Below are positions 8,977 to 16,601 of a stretch of 35,420 bases of DNA, piece by piece. Origin of the DNA: an uncultured Lachnospiraceae bacterium (GTDB lineage: Bacteria; Bacillota; Clostridia; Lachnospirales; Lachnospiraceae); assembly GCA_902782965.1 (NCBI GenBank), contig CACZPG010000318.1, positions 1-35,420 of the forward strand. Direction: 5' to 3'. The translations under genes were made by a program, and so were the position numbers. The notes beneath the pieces are model-generated. The model did no database searches, was not told the DNA's origin, and worked only from the letters and a program-made list of their open reading frames with translations. Positions within the stretch are counted from its first letter, which is position 1. Each line of letters begins with the position of its first letter.

Positions 8977-10407
8977 ATGAGAAGCTTTAGATTTATTGCT
9001 AAGAATTTAGGAGCTGAACGTTACCTTACTCATATAATGGGAGAGGGAATGGAAGTTGATGAGGATGTCCTGGATTTTTGCGAAGAGAATGACATAGATG
9101 AAATTGTCAGCATAATCTATGAAGAGGACGATGACTATGATTATCTTACATATGATGTAACAGGCAAGATGACCATAGACAAATATGCTCAGGGAGTAAT
9201 GGACAGAGAGAAGGTGCTCAAAATCCTGAGAAATGTTGCTCTTGGAATGATCAGTATCAAGGAGCATGCAATACCTCTTTCATATATCATCCTTAATAAA
9301 GACTTTATGTATATTAATCCTGATACATTGCAGGTTCAGTTTCTGTATCTCCCTGTTGAGAGTGATGCATCACTTTCGACTGAATTCAAGAGCTTTGTAA
9401 GACAGCTTGTTGCCGGATTTATCTATAATGTGGATGAAGATCTGTCATATGTTGGACAGCTTCTTACTTATATTAACGGAACAGGATTTAACCTTAGAGG
9501 GCTTATAGGACTTTCTGAAGCCCTTATGCAGGATGCAGGAATCAGTTTCAATGCCGAGGAAGGAATAGAAGCTGATGATGGAACAGAAATAATCAACGAT
9601 GCACCACTTGAGGAAATTCCTGAAGATAAGGGTGCTATGGACTTCATGAATGAACTTGGTGCAGCTGATGAGAAGCTTCCTGAAATCGGTGATGATATTG
9701 ACCTTGAAGAGGTTCAGGATGTTGAAGACATTGCTGAACATGAGATTAAGCAGGTTGATGCATCTTCTGAGGAAGAGTCTATCGAAGAAATCAAAGCTAG
9801 AATCAAGGATATGGTTGAAGAAGATGACAGAGCTGATGGAGTTTCAATGCAGAAGCCTGTCAAGGTCAACCGTGCAGCAGTTCTGAAGGCTACAGCAGAA
9901 ACCCTTGGGGAAGAGGAAGAGCATGTTCCAGCTGCAAGTGAGGCAGTAGAACAGATTTCTGAGGAATCCAGAAATGCAAAGGAGAAGAAAAAGAAGGCCA
10001 AGGTAGAAGAGGCTCCGGAAAGCGTTGAAGATGCAGCTGCAAAGAACAAGAAGGCTGCAACACCTGAAATTGTAGATAATACAATCCTTGGAAATACAGG
10101 AACAATTAAGATTAACCCATATCTTGTAAGAATAAATACAGATGAGAAGGTTGTGATCAATAAGCCGGTATTTAAGATAGGAAAGGCAAGCCGTGGAGTG
10201 GATTATCATATTGGAGGCAACGGAGCTATAAGCCGTCAGCATGCAGTAATCCTTCATAAGGGTGACTCTTATTACATCAAGGATAACAAATCCACAAATC
10301 ATACATATGTGGACAATGTTCAGCTTGAGGGAGACGAAGAGGTTCTTCTTAAGAACAACTGCACAGTCACTCTTGGAGATGAGGACTTCACATTTAAGAT
10401 CAGTTAA
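8977..10407 (+). CDS. FHA-domain protein 1 (globular N-terminal domain, acidic linker, C-terminal FHA)
   Basis: FHA motifs FKIGK, ISRQH, DNKSTNHT, LGDEDF; AGGAGG RBS. The N-terminal ~185 aa resembles DUF6382/pseudokinase-like domains (from recall, unverified). Confidence 0.88.
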   Translation: MRSFRFIAKNLGAERYLTHIMGEGMEVDEDVLDFCEENDIDEIVSIIYEEDDDYDYLTYDVTGKMTIDKYAQGVMDREKVLKILRNVALGMISIKEHAIPLSYIILNKDFMYINPDTLQVQFLYLPVESDASLSTEFKSFVRQLVAGFIYNVDEDLSYVGQLLTYINGTGFNLRGLIGLSEALMQDAGISFNAEEGIEADDGTEIINDAPLEEIPEDKGAMDFMNELGAADEKLPEIGDDIDLEEVQDVEDIAEHEIKQVDASSEEESIEEIKARIKDMVEEDDRADGVSMQKPVKVNRAAVLKATAETLGEEEEHVPAASEAVEQISEESRNAKEKKKKAKVEEAPESVEDAAAKNKKAATPEIVDNTILGNTGTIKINPYLVRINTDEKVVINKPVFKIGKASRGVDYHIGGNGAISRQHAVILHKGDSYYIKDNKSTNHTYVDNVQLEGDEEVLLKNNCTVTLGDEDFTFKIS

Positions 10408-10420
10408 TAATGAACAGTAT

Positions 10421-10461
10421 AGTTCAGGGTACGAAAATGCTCTGAACTTTCTGTGTTTTTT
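10421..10461 (+). terminator. Putative intrinsic terminator
   Basis: AGTTCAGGGTA-N6-TGCTCTGAACT stem (with G-U pairs) followed by a T-rich tract, just after the FHA1 stop. Confidence 0.5.
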
Positions 10462-10531
10462 GAAAATAGCTTAAAAAATGCATAAAAATGGAGAAAAAAG
10501 GGTAATAGCAAAATAATTAAAGGGGGACAGT

Positions 10532-12472
10532 ATGGACAATTTTGTAAATAATCAGAGTAGTAATAATTGGAAGCTTGAACTTCCTGAGGGAGTAAATCTG
10601 GTTGACTATCTTTACGAAGTATTAACAAAGGAAGAAGCAATCGCTCTCGTCAGAGATATGAATTCTAAGCTGTTTCCCGGAACAGTATTATCGATAAGCC
10701 CGGCTAAGCCGAAGCCTCAGCCGCCGATTGCAGGACCAGCTCCGATACCGGGGCCTACACCTGTACCAGAACCAATACAGGCAGAAATGCCAGTACCGGA
10801 GCCGATACAGACAGAAACACCTGTAGCAGGACCGACAGTTAAAGAGGAACAGCCAGCAGAAGCACCACAGGCAGAGCCAGTACCAGAGCCGGCGGCACCA
10901 GTGGAAGAAGCACAGTCAGAGGCAGAAGCACCTGTAGAAGAACCGGCAGCACCAGTGGAAGAGCCACAGCCAGAGGCAGAAGCACCTGTAGAAGAACCGG
11001 CAGCACCAGTGGAAGAACCACAGCCAGAGGCAGAAGCACCTGTAGAAGAGCCGGCAGCACCAATGGAAGAAGCACAGCCAGAGGCAGAAGCTCCAGTAGA
11101 AGAACCGGCAGCACCAGTGGAAGAAGCACAGCCAGAGGCAGAAGTTCCGGTAGAAGAGCCAGCAGCACCAGTGGAAGAACCACAGTCTGATTCAATATTT
11201 AACGTAGATACACAGGCATCGTCAATTCCTGAACCGGTAGTAAATCCGGCACCGGCACCAGAGCCGATACAGGCAGAAATGCCGGCACCAGAGCCTGCAT
11301 CATCAGTGGAAGAACCACAGGCAGAGGCAGCAGCACCAGTGGAAGAGCCGGTTGCTCCGATGGAAGAAGCGCAGTCTGATTCAATATTTAACGTAGATAC
11401 ACAGGCATCATCAATTCCTGAGCCGGTAGTAAATCCGGCACCGGCACCGCAGCCGATGCCAACACCGATGCAGCCACAGCCAGGCTCAATATTCGGTCAG
11501 ATGCCACAGCCAACACCGGCACCGGCATCACAGCCGGGACCAACACCGATGCAGCCGCAGCCAGGCTCAATATTCGGCCAGATGCCGCAGTCAACACCGC
11601 AGCCGGCACCGGCGCCAACACCAGTACAGCCACAGCAGGCTCCGATTCCTGAACCGGTATTTGAACCGAAGAATCAGGATCCTACAATGTTGGATGATGA
11701 CTTTATGATGCAGACTGAAGCACCATTAACTGCTCAGAAGATACCGTCTTTTGATAAAGGTCAGCAGGGCTCTATATTTGATCCGATGGCTCAGACCTCT
11801 CCAAGTATGGAACCGGTGCAGCCACAGCAGGATGGAATATTTGGCCAGCCGCCATATAAGATAACTTCATCGCAGCCGGTTATGCCACAACAGGTTAATA
11901 AACCTGCACCTCAGATGCAGCAGTCCGCTCCGGGAAGATTTGTTCAGCAGTATTATCCCGAGGGTGCAGCTTCAGAGCCGGTTATTCAGCAGAGACCTGA
12001 GGCTCCACAGCCACAGCAGGGTTATATAAAAAGAACCGGAAATACTGAGCAATTAACAAGTGATGAATTAAATAAGATCAGAGAGGCTAATAAGAAAGAC
12101 AGCGAACCGGAAGTACAGAATACTTCAATGTCGGAAATGAGCCTTGATGATCTTGGAATGTTTGAACCACGTCCGCATCTTGTAAGAGAGAGGACCGGCG
12201 AGAAAATATATATTACAAAGGATGAATTCAAGATTGGTAAATCAAAGGTTCATTCTGACTATGCTATTGAGAATAATACTGCAGTCAGCAGAGTCCATGT
12301 AGTTGTGATCAAGAGGAACGGAGTGTGCTACATGGAAGATAATAATTCTACTAATGGAACATTTGTTGATGGGGAGAGACTGGAGCCGGGAAGAGAAATT
12401 CTTCTTAAGGCTAACATGAATATTATTATGGGAGATGAAAGTTTCATTTATCTTCTGAAAGATGAGGTATAG
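10532..12472 (+). CDS. FHA-domain protein 2 with a long Pro/Glu/Ala/Gln-rich repetitive region
   Basis: C-terminal FHA FKIGK...VSRVH...DNNSTNGT...MGDESF; AAAGGGGG RBS; no signal peptide or TM seen. Confidence 0.9.
   Translation: MDNFVNNQSSNNWKLELPEGVNLVDYLYEVLTKEEAIALVRDMNSKLFPGTVLSISPAKPKPQPPIAGPAPIPGPTPVPEPIQAEMPVPEPIQTETPVAGPTVKEEQPAEAPQAEPVPEPAAPVEEAQSEAEAPVEEPAAPVEEPQPEAEAPVEEPAAPVEEPQPEAEAPVEEPAAPMEEAQPEAEAPVEEPAAPVEEAQPEAEVPVEEPAAPVEEPQSDSIFNVDTQASSIPEPVVNPAPAPEPIQAEMPAPEPASSVEEPQAEAAAPVEEPVAPMEEAQSDSIFNVDTQASSIPEPVVNPAPAPQPMPTPMQPQPGSIFGQMPQPTPAPASQPGPTPMQPQPGSIFGQMPQSTPQPAPAPTPVQPQQAPIPEPVFEPKNQDPTMLDDDFMMQTEAPLTAQKIPSFDKGQQGSIFDPMAQTSPSMEPVQPQQDGIFGQPPYKITSSQPVMPQQVNKPAPQMQQSAPGRFVQQYYPEGAASEPVIQQRPEAPQPQQGYIKRTGNTEQLTSDELNKIREANKKDSEPEVQNTSMSEMSLDDLGMFEPRPHLVRERTGEKIYITKDEFKIGKSKVHSDYAIENNTAVSRVHVVVIKRNGVCYMEDNNSTNGTFVDGERLEPGREILLKANMNIIMGDESFIYLLKDEV
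10886..11590 (+). repeat. In-frame coding repeats: 54 bp x ~5.5, a 189-bp-period duplication and an 81-bp-period duplication
   Basis: EPAAPVEE.Q.EAE.PVE units start at 10886, 10940, 10994, 11048, 11102 and 11156. QSDSIFNVDTQASSIPEPVVNPAPAP occurs at 11183 and 11372. PTPMQPQPGSIFGQMPQ occurs at 11459 and 11540. Confidence 0.92.
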
Positions 12473-12475
12473 AAT

Positions 12476-13246
12476 ATGGAGTTTGAAGCAACATACAATA
12501 CTGACATAGGAATCAGAAAAAATACAAACCAGGATTCTGTTGCTCTCAGAATAATAGATACTCCAGATGGTCAGGTTGCATTTGCTATAGTATGTGATGG
12601 AATGGGAGGACTTGCAAAAGGCGAGCTTGCATCCAAGGAGGTAATCACTGCATTTTGCAGGTGGTTTGATGAGGAGTTTGTTTCTCAGGTTTCAGAGGGG
12701 ACATTTACGGCTCTCAGACTGAGAGATGACTGGAACAGCATTATTCAGACAGAAAACAGACTTCTTGGAATTTATGGTTCAGATAATAATATAATGCTTG
12801 GAACCACAGTGTCTGCAATTCTTATGTATAAGGAAGAATTTTTCATAGTTCATGTAGGCGATAGTCGTGTATATGAGCTTACAGACAAACTCAGAATTCT
12901 TACAAAGGATCAGACCTTTGTAGCAAGAGAAGTAGCAGCCGGAAGAATGACTCCGGATGAGGCAAAGATAGATCCAAGACGAAGTGTACTTCTGCAGTGC
13001 GTTGGAGCATCTTCCACCGTATCACCTGACTTCCTGAAGGGACAGGTCCAGAAGAATAGTGTATATTTCGTCTGCTCAGATGGATTTAGACATCAGATTT
13101 CAGAAGAGGAAATCATGGAGAAGCTTGGCCCTTCTGAAGATCAGACAATGGATGAAATAAAATACGGGTGTGTATATCTTACGGAATTAGTAAAAAACCG
13201 ACGCGAAACCGACAACATAACAATCGCAGCGGTAGCTGTAAGGTAG
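12476..13246 (+). CDS. PP2C/PPM-family Ser/Thr protein phosphatase
   Basis: TDIGIRKNTNQDS, VCDGMGG, GTT, HVGDSR, CSDG, DNIT; starts 3 nt after the FHA2 stop. Confidence 0.95.
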   Translation: MEFEATYNTDIGIRKNTNQDSVALRIIDTPDGQVAFAIVCDGMGGLAKGELASKEVITAFCRWFDEEFVSQVSEGTFTALRLRDDWNSIIQTENRLLGIYGSDNNIMLGTTVSAILMYKEEFFIVHVGDSRVYELTDKLRILTKDQTFVAREVAAGRMTPDEAKIDPRRSVLLQCVGASSTVSPDFLKGQVQKNSVYFVCSDGFRHQISEEEIMEKLGPSEDQTMDEIKYGCVYLTELVKNRRETDNITIAAVAVR

Positions 13247-13268
13247 GTAAGTACAATAATATAAATCA

Positions 13269-13500
13269 GCCGAGAAAGCTTGCTTTCGTAGGATGAGTTA
13301 TATTATTGGACGCAGCCTGCGGAGCAGGCTACTGCCGAATGACATCGACAAAGTGTCTGCGGAGCAGACAGTAGAGCTCGAAGAGCGAACTTTGTCGATT
13401 AACGAGGCAGGAACCTACCGAAGGCATGAGAACACATCGGACGCAGCCTGCGGAGCAGGCTACTGCCGAATGACATCGACAAAGTGTCTGCGGAGCAGAC
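13269..13500. repeat. REP-like structured intergenic element (copy 2) with a perfect 62-bp direct repeat
   Basis: 13308-13369 is identical to 13439-13500. Hairpins AGCCTGC-GGA-GCAGGCT, GTCTGC-GGA-GCAGAC and GCTC-GAA-GAGC; 11-bp IR at 13344-13354/13389-13399; shares its core with 657-694. Confidence 0.85.
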
Positions 13501-13538
13501 GAAACTATATATGAAATAATTGTAATTGGGGATGAAAC

Positions 13539-15611
13539 ATGTTAAAAGAAGGCACAGTTATTGATGAGAAATACGAGATACTAAAACAGATCGGCGAGGG
13601 CGGTATGTCTGTCGTTTATCTTGCTCGTAATAACAGAATGAATATGCAGCTTGCCGTTAAGGAAATTAAGAATGACGGCTCGAAGAGTACGGAAATTCTT
13701 CTGAAAGGACTTGAACGAGAAGCTAATATTCTTAAGGATGTAGACCATCCTGTTATTCCACGTATTATAGATATCGTTAAATACGGCGGTACTATCTGCG
13801 TAGTAATGGATTTCATAGAAGGTGAGAACCTTGCAGATAAGCTTAAGGAAGTCGGCGCGTTTTCTCAGGATGAGGTAATTGACTGGGGACTCGAGCTTGC
13901 TTCGGCGTTGGAATATCTGCATTCCATGAATCCACCTATTATTTATCGTGATATGAAGCCTTCGAATGTTATGCTGAAGCCGGATGGCGGTGTTAAGCTT
14001 ATTGACTTCGGTACAGCTAAGACATACGACATAGAGAATAATGCTGATACAACAGCTCTCGGTACCAGAGGTTATGCTGCACCGGAGCAGTTTGGTGATG
14101 CACAGGGTCGTGGTATATATAAGACTGATGCAAGAACAGATATTTATAACCTTGGTGCTACACTTTATCACATGGTTACAGGTAAGAATCCTCAGGAACC
14201 ACCTTATGAAATGGTTCCTATAAGACAGGTTAACCCATCCCTTTCCACAGGTCTTGAGGAAATCATCCTGAAGTGTACCAAGGCTAATCCTGAAGACAGA
14301 TATCAGTCATGTTCAGAACTTATTTACGCTCTTGAGCATTATACGGAGCTGGATGATAGCTATATAAATGCAAATAGGAACAAAGTTAAGCTTTTTGCTC
14401 TTAGTGCAGGACTTACTGTTGCATTCGGATTACTTGCTATAGTAGGAAAAGTCGGAATGGATAGAGCAGCAGCAGCAAATTATGTATCCTATATTGAGCA
14501 GGGTAATGATTTCAAATCACAGAGCAGTTATTCTCTTGCTGCTTCTGAATACAAGAAAGCCTTTGAACTAAGCGGTGATGAGGCTGAAGCATATGTGAAG
14601 TATATCGATCTTTACATAGATGCATCGAAGGATGCAAATTCTACTGAAGAGCTGAGTCTCTCAGATGGACTTAATGTAGTTGCTAACCGTATTAAGAACG
14701 GATATGCAGATGTTGATAAGAATAATGAAGTTCTCTACAAAATGGGACTTACATATTTCACCGAAGTAGGTGATTACGGTGCGGCAACCAAGTACTTCAA
14801 TATGGTAGACAAGAAGGATGCCAATTACGGAGAATTATCCGATTATTATGGAAGCATTTCACTTATCATGTCCAGTACAAATGTAAATGTTAATGAACTT
14901 ATGGACAAGGTAAATGGCTTCGCAACATATAATGAGAAGAATATTGCAAATGATAATAAGCAGAAGTTTGAGAATTACCAGACTTTAGGAAAGATATATG
15001 TAACATACCTTTCTACTAAGGGTGTGCCGGAACAGGCTGAGTCGGTAATGAGTCAGGCCATAAAGGATATAGAAGGCTATGGCGGTGAAGAACAGGCAGA
15101 CTTCTATTATGCATATATAAATGATCTGGCCGAGATTTATTATACTCTTGGTGAGAATGATGGTTCAGAAGCTAATTACAAGCTTGCTCTGAATTATTCT
15201 CAGGAGGTAGTCGGACAGATTCAGGGAAAAGTTAATATCAGCGAAGCTCCCGATACAGATACCAGCAAGGGTTATATTCAGAGCTATGTAAATGCAATGT
15301 GCAGAATTGCAGAACTGCATGCGAAGCTTGGAGATAATGATTCTGCTATCAAGACTTATGAGAAGGCTGAAACGGATATGGGAGAGGGCAATGAGAATGC
15401 CATCAAGATTTATTCAGAACATCTGAATTTCCTATATACGATGTTTGAAGAGAAGAATCAGGATCCGGGTAAATGGACAGGAGCCGAGAAGAAACAGATT
15501 CTTGCAGTATTTGATGCAGGAAGTAAGATAACTGGAATAGAAAGTAATCCGAACTGGATTAAACGCTCTTCCGTAATGACTGGTTTAAAAGACGGAAGTC
15601 TTGGAGATTAA
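13539..15611 (+). CDS. Hanks-type transmembrane Ser/Thr kinase with a helical (TPR-like) C-terminal domain
   Basis: IGEGGMSVVY, LAVKE, YRDMKPSN, DFG, GTRGYAAPEQ, DIYNLG; a TM at about aa 286-303; Tyr/Ala-rich helical repeats afterwards and no PASTA repeats recognised. Confidence 0.95.
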   Translation: MLKEGTVIDEKYEILKQIGEGGMSVVYLARNNRMNMQLAVKEIKNDGSKSTEILLKGLEREANILKDVDHPVIPRIIDIVKYGGTICVVMDFIEGENLADKLKEVGAFSQDEVIDWGLELASALEYLHSMNPPIIYRDMKPSNVMLKPDGGVKLIDFGTAKTYDIENNADTTALGTRGYAAPEQFGDAQGRGIYKTDARTDIYNLGATLYHMVTGKNPQEPPYEMVPIRQVNPSLSTGLEEIILKCTKANPEDRYQSCSELIYALEHYTELDDSYINANRNKVKLFALSAGLTVAFGLLAIVGKVGMDRAAAANYVSYIEQGNDFKSQSSYSLAASEYKKAFELSGDEAEAYVKYIDLYIDASKDANSTEELSLSDGLNVVANRIKNGYADVDKNNEVLYKMGLTYFTEVGDYGAATKYFNMVDKKDANYGELSDYYGSISLIMSSTNVNVNELMDKVNGFATYNEKNIANDNKQKFENYQTLGKIYVTYLSTKGVPEQAESVMSQAIKDIEGYGGEEQADFYYAYINDLAEIYYTLGENDGSEANYKLALNYSQEVVGQIQGKVNISEAPDTDTSKGYIQSYVNAMCRIAELHAKLGDNDSAIKTYEKAETDMGEGNENAIKIYSEHLNFLYTMFEEKNQDPGKWTGAEKKQILAVFDAGSKITGIESNPNWIKRSSVMTGLKDGSLGD

Positions 15612-15629
15612 GGGGAGGAGAGTGATAAT

Positions 15630-16553
15630 ATGATTTTTAATGTACTTTTTTATGGCGGATTAGTATTATTTATTCTCTTTCTTATAGCTTCAGTAGTGCT
15701 GTTCCTTAAGTTAGATATTCCGAAAGCTATCGGAGTTGTAACAGGACAGACTCAGAAGAAGGCAATAGAAGAGATAAGAAATGGTGGCAGGGTTACCACA
15801 AGTAAACGAGGAAAAGGAAGTTTCATAAAGGTCAGAGACCTGGGAACAGGAAGTGGACTTCTTAAGGATACACCTAAACCTTTTGCACGTAAGAGGGATG
15901 AAAAGAGAAGTAGTGATGCTTCAGAGAATCTGGCTGAGCAGGCTGCTAATGATGCAAGGCTTGCGGCAGCAAGAGCGATGGCTGAGAAAGCCAGAGAGAA
16001 GGAACAGCAGCAAGAGCAGCAAAGAGAGAGAGAAGAAGCTCTTGAGAACGAATCTACTGAAATCCTGACTTACAATGAATCAAAGAGGAAAGATACCGGA
16101 GAAGAAACAACCTCCGTTCTTGAAGAAGAGCAGGCAACAGCCATATTGACAGAAAATGGAGAGTTGCCGGAAGGCTCATCTGATGAGGATATATCGGAAG
16201 GATATACACCGGGTGATGATGATGCAACCGACGTCCTGAAATCAGCCGACGCCAGTATTCATGAGGAAGATGAAGAGACCACAGACATACTCAGAAGTGT
16301 GGCCACAGCTGCTCCTCATGAGGATGATGAGGACGACGATATAGAAGAAACTACGACGGACGTACTTACCTCAGACATGGGAAGTAAGTTTGCGGAGAAT
16401 GAAATCTATGGAACCTATAATCCTGAAATGACAGCGGTTCTTAGATCTGATATGGCACCGGGAGAAGATACAGTTAAATCAGGACCAAGGCATATCGAAG
16501 GAATTACGGTCCTATACAGCGAAACGATTGTTCATACAGATGAAAGCTTGTAG
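15630..16553 (+). CDS. Single-pass membrane protein with an acidic tail bearing seven T-x-[VI]-L motifs
   Basis: N-terminal TM followed by a basic segment; GGGGAGGAG RBS; motifs STEIL, TTSVL, ATAIL, ATDVL, TTDIL, TTDVL, MTAVL. Confidence 0.85.
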   Translation: MIFNVLFYGGLVLFILFLIASVVLFLKLDIPKAIGVVTGQTQKKAIEEIRNGGRVTTSKRGKGSFIKVRDLGTGSGLLKDTPKPFARKRDEKRSSDASENLAEQAANDARLAAARAMAEKAREKEQQQEQQREREEALENESTEILTYNESKRKDTGEETTSVLEEEQATAILTENGELPEGSSDEDISEGYTPGDDDATDVLKSADASIHEEDEETTDILRSVATAAPHEDDEDDDIEETTTDVLTSDMGSKFAENEIYGTYNPEMTAVLRSDMAPGEDTVKSGPRHIEGITVLYSETIVHTDESL

Positions 16554-16601
16554 GATATCAGATATATTTCGAATCCGATATAAATGGAGAGGAGAAAAGG
16601 G

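Noticed and set aside
10839-11633. Minus-strand Leu/Val/Pro-rich ORFs
   Set aside because: Antisense shadows of the FHA2 coding repeats.
13308-13500. CRISPR array
   Set aside because: Only two 62-bp repeats, the intervening sequence pairs with the repeat itself, and there are no cas genes.
13293-13514. 73-aa + strand ORF between the phosphatase and kinase
   Set aside because: It lies entirely within the palindromic repeat, has no convincing RBS and no protein-like features.
13539-15611. Gene symbols prkC/pknB (and prpC/stp for the phosphatase)
   Set aside because: No PASTA repeats and not in the usual rsmB/rlmN-prpC-prkC-rsgA context.
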